Origin: Cyanidioschyzon merolae
Lineage: Eukaryota
DNA length: 64,000 nt
Strand: one strand, 5' to 3'
Assembly: GCA_000091205.1 (NCBI GenBank)
Contig: AP006490.2
In this document: positions 1 to 11,808 of the stretch, in pieces
How the letters are laid out: each line of letters begins with the position of its first letter
How positions within the stretch are numbered: the stretch's first letter is position 1
The notes under the pieces: generated by a model
The model's database searches: none
The model's input: the letters and a program-made list of their open reading frames with translations, nothing else
Told to the model about the DNA's origin: nothing
Made by a program: the position numbers and the translations under genes

Positions 1-990
1 ATCGCAGATACATCTTTGTGACTGCTGGTTCACTCAGAGCATCTTGCTGCTCTCCGTTCGCTACGTACAATGCATACTGATTGAATCACCGGGGCAAAAT
101 GAATCAGTTCTGTCATGTTGCTGGCATCGCGCAACCCTAACTCGCGCGCCGTGCGTCGTGTCGCATCCGGTCGCTCTACAGCTGGCAAGGGACTATGCAG
201 GCAGCAACTGCACTGCTGCTGGCGACGAGGCCTATGCCAGCCCGAGGAGGATTCTCTGCTACAGGTTCTGGTCAGACGATTTTCATCGTATGCTGCATAA
301 AGAAGAGGGAGCTACATCATTAATTTGATGTTTTTTTAAGAAATACAACCACGCCAGGAGAAAGGTAAAAGTTCCCTGAACACAAGCGCATACGATAAAG
401 TTTGGGTTTCTTGCCACTGTCATCAGCACTAGCCTTTGGGGGGGGGGGGGTTCTCTGCACCTGCTTCCTTTTCCGCTCTCATATCTACGGCTCGAAGTAT
501 CCCGATCTCTCGCTACCTTCTAGCGCCGTTCTCAGCTGTCCTTAGATATTGATTTCGGCGTTAAAGTCCCGACTTTGCCGCTTCCAACTGTTGTTCACGC
601 AATGCATACACAGGAAAAAGTTGCAATCTACGCTTCGTTCGTTTTTTATCATCTTCATACACAGCCTGGTTGCCCATTTGCAGTGTTGAAAATTGACTGT
701 GATCTGATGTTCGCTTGTGTCGAGCACAACGTCCGCACCGAGAACCGCCCTGTGGCACGTAAACGCACGCTTCGTCGCTCAGTATCTGCCCTTGATGGAT
801 ACAGAAGGCTTCTATCGATGCTGCGCTACTTTCCGCACCCGGTTTCGTACCCTGGGATCACGTGCTTCTTTGTGGAGACCCCCTCGACGAGTACGCTGTC
901 CGCTGCAGAAGCGAAACGCTATTCTACTCGATAGAGGATTTGCGGAATGCAGTGTTGTCCGTTGAGCCACAAGTACCGAGAAGAAGATTC
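1..990 (+). mobile_element. 3' portion of a Fanzor/TnpB-like element (copy 0), cut by the window edge: degenerate ORF tail (1-330) plus conserved 3' module Rep2 (about 330-990)
   Basis: Nucleotide and peptide homology of 180-330 to the C-terminal end of the TnpB-like ORFs at 19918-20220 and 60600-60715 (ARDY..AAGDEAYASPRRIL vs NRDFDAATDIWRYAVPERRL). Bases 330-990 align base-for-base with 20235-20825. Confidence 0.6.
438..450. repeat. Poly-G homopolymer (13 G) inside Rep2 copy 0
   Basis: Direct read. The corresponding position in Rep2 copy 1 is ctttgcggg. Confidence 0.9.
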
Positions 991-2177
991 AAGCGGGGGC
1001 GAAAGCCAGGAAATTTCGATTCGTTTATGCTCCCTTTGTGCAAAGAGTTGACGCGCTCCCCACTGGAAGTGGTTGATGGTGTGGCTGAAGTCTCAGACCA
1101 AGACCCTTGCCGTGCAAAAAAGAGGGTCAGAAAACCTCCGGGCGCATATCCCGTGGCGGGGATCATGATGGTGCGGATTGCCGTTTTCTCGATTGGTACA
1201 GAGATGGTGGTAGATTTTTCGGAGCGATCCGATTATTTGGCGCGGAAAGTTCAGTAAACATTGGGTACGAATGTGCGAAGCAGTTGTCAACGGCCGAGGT
1301 CGCGTTATGTACGTCCTCATTCCAGCGGCGCGGACTGCTGTGCCTACGAGTCGCCTTGACACAGGCAGATCAATATTTTACAGAACGCTCGCTTCGGGCA
1401 TGCCAAATGTGAGGAAAGGAAGAAGATTGGATGCTCATGTGCTTACTAATTGGATGATGATTCGATTACTTTAAAAGTCCCTGTTCGAGAGCGTCGCAAT
1501 GCACCTTGATTCCGGTGACCAAACGAATTTCAGCAACAGAACATCCAAGGGGCCATTTCCAAAAAGCAACATACAGACAGGAAACCTAAAATTACGTACG
1601 AATCCCTAATCACCTATTAATACACTTCGCGTGTCCACTGTTCAAGAAGAATGTTCGGAATATAATGAAAATTCAACAACAGAGCGAGCAGTTCAGTCTT
1701 CCATTGTAGCCTGACAAATATGCACTGCCTACCAATCGATCACCAGCGGATACATTTGGGAGAAAATAGTCCGTTCGTGCGAACTGAAGTTTGCCGAGCC
1801 CGCCGTGAGTGCCAACCACGACACCTGCAGCGCCACCGCTGGCGGAGCATGAAGAAAAAACAGCTTTACCCGTTCCCTGTCGGACTTTGATTCGACAAGT
1901 GCAGCGTTTGGTTGCACATTTACGCGCTTGGAGGTCATTGCGCTCGCTCGTACCCTTCATTTTTATAAACGAACCTGGTACCCGTCCACAACTCGCCGCT
2001 GAAGCCGTGCGACGCGTATCGCAGCCGATGGCGGCATCATGTCCAGTCCGCGCCGGGCGTCTGGCGCGCAGGCGTCGCTCCAGCCGCTCGAGGCGCTTGC
2101 CAACAGATTGAGGCCGAGCGCTGAGCTCCGAACTTCAGCCGCAACAGCGATACGACCTTTGGGCTCGTTTACGAAAC

Positions 2178-3422
2178 ATGTTCTGCATAAGTGAACCGTT
2201 TACCCTATGTGCTTCACATACGGAACACCATAGGCGTGCATTGTGTGGCAAACAGTCAGTGTGGGGATGCTTTACAAACACGACTAGCTGGTTTGGGCGC
2301 AACCGAGGGGTCCGGAACTCGGCGTTCCTCGCTGGTGCAGCGGACGCGTTCAATTCACGTAGCAAAGCCCGGAACCTGTCGAGACGAGCTTCACTATCGA
2401 TGAAACTTCCAATGTCGTGTCGTGCTGATACGATCGGGTCGAAGCGTTGCCTGGTCATAGGTGGGACGCGCTTCAGCGGCGTCTATCTGGCGAAGGTGCT
2501 GGGAGACCTCGGCCATGAGGTCGTCCTTTACAACCGAGGCAGCAAGCCCCTTCAGCGTGTACCAAACGAGCCGGAGGGTGAGTTTGCGGCAAGAGCTGCT
2601 ATGAGCTCGACCATTATAGGTGACCGCACAAAGCCCGATGAAGTGAAGGAGAAGCTAGCATCGGAAAATTTTGATGCGATCTTTGACATGAATGGACGAG
2701 AACTCGAGGATACTCGACCATTTGCTGAGCTCTTTGCCGGAAAGATCGATCACTATGTCTACATGAGCAGCGCTGGTGTCTACTTGCAGTCGCCGGTGCT
2801 ACCACATATCGAAGGCGACGCCTGCGATCCCAAATCCCGTCACTTGGGGAAACTTCAAACGGAGGAGTTCCTAGATAGCCACGGACTGCCGTGGACCGCC
2901 ATCCGCCCGACCTACATATACGGTCCTTCGAACTATAATCCCATCGAGGAATGGTTCTTTGCTCGTATCGCGGAAGATCGTCCGATCCCAATTCCAGGCG
3001 ACGGCACCTACATGACTGGCCTGGGCCACGTGGCAGATCTGGCCAATGCGTTTGCCGCCGTACTCGGGAATCCCAGGGCAGTAGGCAAAGTCTACAACAT
3101 TCAGGATCGCAAGTCGGTAACGTACAATGGTATTGCGAAAATGTGCGCTCTTGCGATGGGACGCGATCCCGAAAGCATCCGCATCGTCCACTACGATCCT
3201 AATCGTGTGGATATCGGGAAGGCCAAGGCGTTTCCCTTTAGGTTGCAACACTTCTTTACGAGCGTGAACCGTGCGCTGAGAGAACTGGATTGGGACGTGG
3301 ACTTCGATCTCTTGGATGGTCTCCGAGATTCGTACCATAACGATTTTTTGCCCAAAAAACAAGCAGGAAAGCTTCAAGTAGACTTCAAAACGGACGACTT
3401 GATCCTCTCCCAGGTTTCTTGA
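2178..3422 (+). CDS. CSP41-like NAD-dependent epimerase/dehydratase (chloroplast stem-loop-binding protein 41 family). Alternative start at ATG 2400, with an N-terminal extension that may be a transit peptide.
   Basis: 414-aa uninterrupted ORF. Rossmann motif LVIGGTRFSGVYLAKVLGDLGHEVVLYNRG, and strong similarity over YVYMSSAGVY...RPTYIYGP...PIPGDGTYMTGLGHVADLANAF typical of CSP41a/b. Confidence 0.75.
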   Translation: MFCISEPFTLCASHTEHHRRALCGKQSVWGCFTNTTSWFGRNRGVRNSAFLAGAADAFNSRSKARNLSRRASLSMKLPMSCRADTIGSKRCLVIGGTRFSGVYLAKVLGDLGHEVVLYNRGSKPLQRVPNEPEGEFAARAAMSSTIIGDRTKPDEVKEKLASENFDAIFDMNGRELEDTRPFAELFAGKIDHYVYMSSAGVYLQSPVLPHIEGDACDPKSRHLGKLQTEEFLDSHGLPWTAIRPTYIYGPSNYNPIEEWFFARIAEDRPIPIPGDGTYMTGLGHVADLANAFAAVLGNPRAVGKVYNIQDRKSVTYNGIAKMCALAMGRDPESIRIVHYDPNRVDIGKAKAFPFRLQHFFTSVNRALRELDWDVDFDLLDGLRDSYHNDFLPKKQAGKLQVDFKTDDLILSQVS

Positions 3423-3699
3423 ACTTTGCTTGATCAGAGGAGCTGAGGCCACATTGAACAATAACCAAGTCTTACGCTTATGAGCACACTCCATGGTATG
3501 TGTACTGGATTCGGGACAGAAGCGCTAGAGGGGCGTGTGCTCCACCTGTTGGCGGGCCACGGAAAGAGCGTGCCAGTAACGTTGCCGCCGGTACTGCTGA
3601 CGGAGATTTTCGTACTCATACATGTGGACGCACAGCTTAGCCTCCTGTTCAGTAGGGCGATCCCTCAGTATCCATTTATCAGGTAGTTGAATTGGTATC

Positions 3700-4520
3700 A
3701 CCATCGTGGAGCCGGATGCACTCGGCCTATAGTATCTGACAGGGGAACAGTTTCATGCGATGCACGAACTTGCGTAAAAAATGCCCTCTCCGGTCTTTGC
3801 GAAAGCTCTTGTCTATTACGAGAACGGCGCTCCGGCTCATTGCATCATACCGGCGCTCAACTTTGCGTCTGGGCCTCGATCAGAGCGGTTTCGCTGCATA
3901 TCAGGAGTGCTTACGTACAAAGCAAATTTCATATTGAAATGGAGCGGATCTATTCAGCTAACTTGGGTATACGCGCTGAAGTTTTGGTTTCTTCCCACTG
4001 TTACCAACACCGGCGTTTGCGAGCTTTATCTGCAACTGCTTTATTTTCTCCTCTCTAGGCTTCGACATAAGATACACTGGTCATTCATTTGCCTCCAGAT
4101 CCGATTCAGCAGACGGATGATGTTGATGGCATGCTAAAATCCTGATTTCACCGCTTTCGACAGTAGTCCACATATTCAACGTGCCGGCTGTATACACGAC
4201 TGCCTTGCATACCATTTTCATCTCTATACACGGCATCGGTGCGCCCTTCGCATCTTTAGCACTTGCCCGTTGTCAGCTGTTCCTGTGTATCCATCAAACC
4301 TCCTCCGATGGTCGCTGCATGGCGCGTGAACGTCTACTTTATCGCTCGGCAGAAGTCCTTGACGGTTCCAGGAGGTGTTCGTGCATGCTTTCCTCCGTTT
4401 CTGCGCCAGATGCCATGCCTACGATCAGGGGTTTCTTCTGTAAGATCCCTTGGGCGGGTACTCTGTGTTCTGCTTGCGCAAGCGCACGCTGTTCCATTCG
4501 ATGACGCAACATTCGCCTTC
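3700..4520 (+). mobile_element. Solo 5'-truncated fragment of the Fanzor-like element family (ORF-tail remnant plus Rep2 3' module)
   Basis: 3955-3975 agctaacttgggtatacgc matches 20216-20236 agctaacttaggcgtgc. The downstream ~550 bp are colinear with Rep2 copies at 395-990 and 20235-20825, including the shared peptide MARERLLY. Confidence 0.6.
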
Positions 4521-5646
4521 TTGCACGCTCTTCATTTTCTCAAAACTCTGACTACAAAGCGTTGGCTCAAGCATGATGGGCATCGAGTTACATAAGACAC
4601 TCGCGGGTATCCTATCCATACATTCCACCCGAAAGTGATGCTGCGACGAAGGCTTCTGCAGAAGCCGTCTGTTTCGCTCGCTTCGCGAACGATTCTTTTA
4701 TTCCTTTCCTTCCTCTGATACTAGATTTAGGGGCACTCGAGCACAAGTTCTGGCGTTGGGCACAAGTCGGAGGGTTCGAAACCCGTGACCCCAAAGCGTT
4801 GCAGTTTATCGCAGGTCGGACCGCTCTTCAGGTATCATGGTGGCGCATGTGTGGCGCGTCGCTCTCCCGCGTTCCGACCTATGCAGATCGCGTTCGGTGG
4901 CAACTTTACGATGCTATGTGTCTGTATTAATCGTTATTCCTCTCGGAATTTCTCCTCCTAAGAAAGGAAGCGTATGAGCTCTAAGAGAGCCGTGAATCGT
5001 TTTGTGACGTTTGCGTTCGATGTCGGCGGGTGTCCGCACGAGATCGGTTTTGATTGAGGACAATATATCTCCTCCACGTTGCGCGAACCTCCCTTTCCCT
5101 CCTCCTGCTTTGCCATAGCATTTTTCTTGAACTACAGTCTCTTTTTTCCTACCGCGGTTCATGAGCGCTTTAACAAAGGAGGGCATCGGTTCGATCCTTC
5201 TTTACCCGTCAAGTGCATGCGCCAAACGATAAAGCAAGCCGCCATGCGCCACAGAGCGGCGCATGGAACAGAATATGTGGTGGACAGATCAGAGCACATG
5301 ACCATAGTCAAGTGTTAGGGATGCGAAGGGCGCACAAAGACTGGTTACCCTGAGAATGAAAATGGCTAGCCAGGCATAGCCCCCAGCTTTCAGATGTACA
5401 TTGCATGTGTCGAGAACATCAGGCAGCGGCGCAAACCGGACCTTTATCACTACTATCGATATCCTTCGACAAATGAGAACGGCGCTCGAGCGACACGAGA
5501 GACCGATGTATTTCAAGCCGCAGAGAATGAAAAGGAAAAGACAGCAGTCGCGGATAACCATCCCAAAGCCTTCTGCATGTGACACTGGGGAAGACCCGAA
5601 GTTTAGCGTGTGACCGCACGAGTTAGCTGAGTGGACCCGTTCCATT

Positions 5647-6384
5647 TTAGCCTGACATGGGTTTAAAGCGACGCGCAACTGGCTTGACGACGAACTGGTC
5701 TACAAGCGGCGCCAAGAGCAATGCACCCGCAATGCGAAACGGACGGGAGAAATTATTCAACAACCACATGCCCGCCACAACTTTCAAAAAGTTTTGCCAG
5801 GTTAGTGGTGCATTATCTGTCGCCCTTTTGAAAGTGATAAGTGCGATAACGAAGCTCGCTGAATAAGTGATTGCGTCGAAAAAGCCGTACGCGAGGATTG
5901 CAGCGAGCCCGTATGAACGCAGCCGTTGAAGCGCTGTTTCCTTCTCCGGGAACAAGTTAGTGAATGCACCCTGCAACCGCTTCCAAAACCCCTGTCGTTT
6001 CCGCGCTGTGTTCATGGCCTGCTCCGGAGCGCTGTCTCTCGGTCTGACAGCGTTATTCGACTGCTCCAAGCGCCGTTGCTCCAGCTGCTCAAGGTACGAC
6101 AAAGGGCGCGTACTAGTCGAGCTTGAGGAGCCATCCTCCATAGGCGGACGCCGCGTACTTTCAAGCCATTTCATATATTGGTCGGTTTGGCCGGTGCATG
6201 AAAGTCGCAACGCAAACGGAGGCGTCCTGTGGAAGCCTCGTGGAAGCTTCCGGCGAGCGCACTCTGAATCCACTGTTCGGTGTCCGTGCACGATGAAGTC
6301 GTTACGCGCTTGTTTGACTGAGGAAAACCTTTTTGCGTGCAGCGGCGCTGTGAACTGTGTTGCCGTGTTCAGAATCAAGAACAT
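5647..6384 (-). CDS. Hypothetical membrane protein (C-terminal hydrophobic domain, tentatively DUF1279/FAM210-like)
   Basis: 245-aa ORF. C-terminal region LRSYGLAAILAYGFFDAITYSASFVIALITF...AGALLLAPLVDQFVV has two predicted TM helices. No firm family assignment. Confidence 0.35.
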   Translation of the reverse strand: MFLILNTATQFTAPLHAKRFSSVKQARNDFIVHGHRTVDSECARRKLPRGFHRTPPFALRLSCTGQTDQYMKWLESTRRPPMEDGSSSSTSTRPLSYLEQLEQRRLEQSNNAVRPRDSAPEQAMNTARKRQGFWKRLQGAFTNLFPEKETALQRLRSYGLAAILAYGFFDAITYSASFVIALITFKRATDNAPLTWQNFLKVVAGMWLLNNFSRPFRIAGALLLAPLVDQFVVKPVARRFKPMSG

Positions 6385-6819
6385 TATGCTGGCTCCTTCT
6401 TGTTCTTCTCACGAGAGCAGCAGCGCAAAATAACCGTTTCTTCGAGTGATTTGAACGCAGGGTCGTCCAGGGCAGTCTCTCGTAACATGATGGACATAGC
6501 GGACAGTGCCGCATTGAATGTTAGGGCGCTCTGCGCGCTCCCTCGTGATAGCTCTTGGATTAGAGACTTCAACCAGTAGTGAAGCGAACGCTGGTTTGAC
6601 CGGGAAACCTCGGGTAGAGAGCGGGCTAGTATAGTCTAGCACAGCGTTTTCGTGGGAATGGAACGACGAGTTTTCGAAAAGTCGCGGACTCTTTGTCGCG
6701 CAACGCGGGGCTGCTCAGCGTCCTCGCAGTGCGTGCAAGCAGCAGGGTCAGAACGAGGCAGATTGGCGATTTGACCACTGCAGCTTGGCCACTCTTTTGG
6801 AGCAGTTTGCGTACTCCTC

Positions 6820-7836
6820 TCAGAACGTTTCCCTTGACAGCAGATGTTTGGCGTACGGGAGGACGCGAGCGCGCCACACCGCGCCGCGCCTCGAGAAATC
6901 GACTGCCACGTCTCTGCCGAGTGGTACGGACCAGGATTTTTGCATGACCCCAGGCGGCGAGCTCGGAGGTACCGCACGACGGCGCAAAGTTTCGGCTCGC
7001 CGGCGGCAACGCACCCTTTTGTTTGCAAAATAATCGTTCACCTGCCGCAGGGTTAACCCGCTTCGAAAGGCGAGTTCGCATTTCTCCCTCTCGGAAGGGT
7101 ATGGGTGATCAAAATGCTTGAAAAACCAGTCTTCAAGAATAGAACGGTCTGGGCAGTACGTGCAACTCCGTGATTGTAGAGTATCGCTTGTCTCGCGAAG
7201 ATCTCGCTTTGTATTGATGGATATATTCCCGCTGTCTTGGCTGCTGGAATCGAGATGCGCTGCAGATATAGGACTCGCTGGTCGGCGGCGACCAGCGCCC
7301 GTCGCTTCGGCATCTGGAAGGAGCAAGTCGAGCGTGTCCGCGGGTGTGTTGAAACGTTGCAGAGCGACCCAAGCCTGCAGGTTCCGTACATAGCAAACCG
7401 CCGCAGCGAGGGTATCCAGGATCGTAAGTATTTGTAGCTCCTCGGCGGAGGAATCTGCCGGCGGTGCCACTACTACATCTTGTACGCCGCTTGCTAGTTT
7501 TCCGAAGAAGGAATGGCTACGTACGAGGGCGAGCAACTGATGGAAAGGTACCAGCAGACCGACGGCACATACGTTCACTGGTCGCTGAAACTGTGACTGG
7601 AGACACGTATGCATTGCGCCAGCTGACTTTCGAGTTCCCCAGCAGCTGTTACCCGATCCAGGTGATAGCAGTGGCTTCTCTGCTGCTCCTCCTTGGCTGT
7701 CCATCGAAGAAACCTCGGCCTGTATGGCCGCTGCCAGGGTCTCAGGCCCGCTGTTGATACGATTTCGCTCTGTTTGTGTCTGTTTGAATGTGCAAGGAGG
7801 GTACATAATATGGCCATCCGACTTGGCGAACGCCAA
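6820..7836 (-). CDS. TALE-class homeobox transcription factor (KNOX/BELL-like homeodomain near C-terminus)
   Basis: Homeodomain signature WFFKHFDHPYPSEREKCELAFRSGLTLRQVNDYFANKRVRCRR with the PYP three-residue loop extension characteristic of TALE homeodomains. Confidence 0.65.
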   Translation of the reverse strand: MAFAKSDGHIMYPPCTFKQTQTERNRINSGPETLAAAIQAEVSSMDSQGGAAEKPLLSPGSGNSCWGTRKSAGAMHTCLQSQFQRPVNVCAVGLLVPFHQLLALVRSHSFFGKLASGVQDVVVAPPADSSAEELQILTILDTLAAAVCYVRNLQAWVALQRFNTPADTLDLLLPDAEATGAGRRRPASPISAAHLDSSSQDSGNISINTKRDLRETSDTLQSRSCTYCPDRSILEDWFFKHFDHPYPSEREKCELAFRSGLTLRQVNDYFANKRVRCRRRAETLRRRAVPPSSPPGVMQKSWSVPLGRDVAVDFSRRGAVWRARVLPYAKHLLSRETF

Positions 7837-8318
7837 CAGCCATACTGTTAAAAAGACAACTCAGGAACACGAAACGCTCTATCGAACTGGAACGGGTGGC
7901 GGCTTCTGAAAGTGGTCCATTGCCGCGGAAAACAGCTGGACTATGTCACGGCTGCTGGCGATTTGAGAAACAGCCGCGGCGAGCCCTGGCGCGTCCAGGA
8001 TCCGCGTTGTCCTTTTCGTCTATAATTGAGAGTCAGATTAAAATAGGACATTTAGCGACACGTTTTTTCCAGCATATTCTTTTTCTTTCGAACCATGTTG
8101 TTAGATACACAGCCTCGATACTCGAATTGCAGCAATAAGGGCCTACGGATTCATAGACCTTTTTGACGCTCTCGGTCTTCATTTTCGAAAAGTGCGAGCG
8201 ACTCTTTGCCACTGGAAATCGTTCCGCGACGGGAATCAAGATGATGCGCGGTGCCTTCGAACAAGGTTTCGTAAAATAACCAATTCCATGATCAGATTCA
8301 TTTGTGAAATCATCGACG

Positions 8319-8352
8319 CCTCTCCTCTCCTCTCCTCTCCTCTCCTCTCCTT
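8319..8352. repeat. (TCTCC)n pentanucleotide microsatellite, 6 units
   Basis: tctcctctcctctcctctcctctcctctcc read directly. Confidence 0.9.
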
Positions 8353-8799
8353 ACCTATCGCCTGCAACAAGCAAGCCTTCTTCAAGTGCACGATCTTTTT
8401 TCTCATGAATACCCTTGGTCACGGTAATTCGCGACCCTGGAGGGACAAGCGAAGAACTCGACGTCGTCTCATGAGGACTTTTTACCATCTCACGCCGGAA
8501 GTTTTCTGTATATGTACCGTCAAATAATCGATTCCATTCGAAGCACAAATCCTCCCCTTTTTGTGGCCAAAGAAGACACTCTATTCGACAGCAACAGAAT
8601 GATAGATTTCACGGGAAATGCTCCCAGAGGTCCCTGGATCTTCTGTTTCCATGGAACGGCGCCTCGGATTCGGAACTGAGCTATCGCAGCGATCGCATCC
8701 AGTGGGGACCGCATAAGCGCTTTGCACGATGTGAGCATAGACGGATCGAAATTTCTTGACTTTTACCCAGAATGAAATTTTTTCAGCTACTTGTTCCTT

Positions 8800-9350
8800 C
8801 GTGATAATCATCACTTTCCACAAAAATCCTCTATTGAATCGAACAGCTTGCGCTTTCATGTGCGGCAGGTAATGTTCTGGCGGAGAATATAGCCCCGGAA
8901 AGCCCATTAACGCACGATACAGCATCGGGCGAGGAAACGGAGGAGCGTATCCAGAGAACCTTTCTGTACTCTTCTATTGCATGCACGGAGTGGTATAGCA
9001 AGCGTTCACGTGCCAACGGTCGATCCCGGAGAAAAACGAGGAGTCGTGGACAAATGATAAAACCTGAAGACAGTCAAGTGCCAACTGTGCAAAGGCGCGC
9101 ACCGGGGTTGCATACAAATAAGTTGACAATGGCAAGCGATGTGTAGATCGCAGCTACCACCTGTGAATGAAATGCGTTGACAACTGCGGGAATCAGCGAA
9201 ATCGGGAAATTAACGCTGCTACCAACATCCTTCGAATGCTGACTACTCGGCGCACGATAAAACCTATGAAACGAGCAATATATCCGAGAAGAATGGCTTA
9301 TGGAACTTGGAAGCAGAGCGTGGTATGATGGATGGTTCACTGTGCGCTGA
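8800..9350 (-). mobile_element. Solo Rep2 (3' module of the Fanzor-like family) in inverted orientation
   Basis: The reverse complement of 8831-9110 aligns with Rep2 copies (ttggcacgtgaacgcttgc...ctgttcgattcaatagaggattt vs ccctgtggcacgtgaacacttgc...ctgctccattcgacagaggattcg). Boundaries are approximate. Confidence 0.55.
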
Positions 9351-9596
9351 TATCAAGCGCGCTGTTGTGGAACGATGGCCTGCGTCAACGTCTTGACAAA
9401 TTGATACGAATAACAGCTCGCGTTGTACGAACAGGAAGCATTCACTTGTCAGAGTGAGCGTGCATGAGTTGCTCATAGCCGCACCGGCGTCAAACGGGGA
9501 AGAATCGCTCTTCGCTGAACTCGAACACCTGGCTGACAGACCCTACAGCAAAAGAACGTACAACTGAGACGCGCCCCGCGTGAAACTGTTTCTGCT

Positions 9597-10124
9597 ATGT
9601 TTCTTACTGCTGCGCCCTGGTCTCTGCGACGGAGTAAACGGAGCTGCAGTCAGTGTCCGCGAACGCTCTTTTGTTGCACAGGTACGACGCGTATGGGAGC
9701 GGAGGGGTCACTGTGGCGTTTGGCAAATGCGGGACACGCGTTGCTGTTAGTAGACCACGGCAGCCGGCGTAAAGAAGCGAATGAAGCGCTTTTCGATATG
9801 ATTGAGCTATTGAGGCGTAGAGCACCACCCGGAATAATCATCCACGGCGCTCACATGGAAATGGCAGAACCGACGCTGGACGACGGTTTTCGCGCCTGTG
9901 TGGAGGCCGGAGCGCGGCATATCGTTGTGGTGCCGTATTTTCTCGCTCCAGGGAGGCACTCTACGACCGACATTCCGAATATGGCTGCAGAAGCAGCTTC
10001 AAAGCACGCCCATGTTACCTATACCGTGACCGCGCCACTGGGTGTACATGAAAGCATCGGCAACGTGGTCATTGAGCGGGCAATGGAAGCCATGGGGCTG
10101 GACGCTCTGCGAGAGCGCGACTAG
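9597..10124 (+). CDS. CbiX/SirB-type sirohydrochlorin ferrochelatase (small CbiX domain protein), possible organellar presequence
   Basis: HALLLVDHGSRR...HGAHMEMAEPTLDDGF...HIVVVPYFLAPGRHSTTDIP matches the CbiX chelatase fold signature. Confidence 0.65.
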   Translation: MFLTAAPWSLRRSKRSCSQCPRTLFCCTGTTRMGAEGSLWRLANAGHALLLVDHGSRRKEANEALFDMIELLRRRAPPGIIIHGAHMEMAEPTLDDGFRACVEAGARHIVVVPYFLAPGRHSTTDIPNMAAEAASKHAHVTYTVTAPLGVHESIGNVVIERAMEAMGLDALRERD

Positions 10125-11776
10125 CGCGACCTGGTTTGGAGCCATACGCCCGAAGCGTATTAGGAAGCTCGCGGGAATGTACGAGCGCTGGTGCGTGAAG
10201 TGGAATCATCGGGGTAAGGCAATATGGAGGCCTGAGTCTCGTCCGCTCGTGACTTTGCATCCAGGTCGCATCTCAGGAAAGGTACGTAGAAAATGTTCGA
10301 AGTTGTGCTGCAGGGTCTCTTGCTCCGTAATCCAGGAATCGGCACTGGCCGAGTTCAGTGACGTACAGCCGGATACGGGACTTGTATGTAGCGGCCCGCT
10401 ACACCACTGGTAGCAACGCGCGGACCAGAAACTTGAGATCTCTACTCGAAAGTTGCCGAAACTCCTTGAATGGTCGGCATTGTTCTGACTGAGAGCGAGA
10501 CAGAAGCTGCGTGCACGTGTCAAGGACCTGATCTATCCCGCATGGGCATACGCAATCCGCTTACAGACCACGAAGGACTGTTGTTGTTGTTGTTGGAGGC
10601 ATCCAGGAAAATACCTGCCGGGGAGCCGCTGCGCGAGCCCGTGCGAAGAGCTGCGTCACTCAGATTTGTAAGGTCACTGGCTGGTACCTTGACCTGCGGC
10701 AAGTCTTCTTTCCATGACGAGGTGCTCGCTTGACTCCATGCTCGATGCGTGAATACGCTGCAGATCAGTGAAGAGTTCCCTTGCGAGGACGAATGCATGT
10801 GATAGCGCTTTCGCCTGTTGAACAAGGCTGCCGAAGAACATGACGGCTCCTTAAGGATTCTGTTCGCTTACCCAATGACATGAACGAGCATGCTCCGCAC
10901 CACAGCGGTAACCTCGCGAAGTTCCGACGAAAAACTTGAAGAATATTTTACGAGACCGCGTCCACTGAAATGATGCATCTGACGTGACGCATCTCCCGGA
11001 TCGAGTCCCATTCGACACCAGAGACGGGTCGTTCAACTACTCGGCGAACTCTTTGATCGCGGTTGAGTTCAGCGCCCACAAGGTGATGTGCGCGCTGCGT
11101 ATACAACCAACAATACCCTGAAACTCTCCGCAGAGAGGCATCATTGGGCATTGCAAACTATCAGGTGCGTTCCAGGTAACTCGCCCGTGCCTACAAGAAA
11201 GAACACTCAAATTTTGAGGTTTACGGCGTCTTTTCCGTGACATCAGGCATCCGTGGAAGTCCTGAAGCCCTCTGACTCCTGACTGGCTGTGTCTGCGCAT
11301 CCCTGGAACACAGAAATGTTTCATGCGTGTTTCACCTTAAGCGAGTTGCGAAAAAATCACGTGAACAGGCGAGCATAGAGTCCACGGGCATCCCCGATCT
11401 GGGATTAACCCCATGAATTTTGTCCCAAACGATGATACAGACTTTAGAATGCATTCACTGCTCCCGAGACGTCGAACATGCACCATGAACTCATGAAGTC
11501 TTCGACCGACGCCCGCAAGGGTATGGCAATGGCATTATCTCTCAATGCAGCGTTTGCACGGTGCTGTAGACATCACAAAGAACGTTCGCGGCAGGCACGT
11601 AGCACCTGAAGAATCGTGTAAACTGTCGAGTTGACGTCCGCGAGGTTCCGCCAAAGCGGGTCTGTCTATGTGCAGTGCTAGCACGGACGTTATTGGCATC
11701 ACAGCGGACACTCACGGCTGGCGTAAGGCTCTTTGGCGATCGTACGAACTGACCAGCATCCCCTAAGGTATGTTTC

Positions 11777-11808
11777 GGTGGTGGTGGTGGTGGTGGTGGT
11801 GGTGGTGG
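11777..11808. repeat. (GGT)n microsatellite, about 10 units
   Basis: Direct read. Confidence 0.9.
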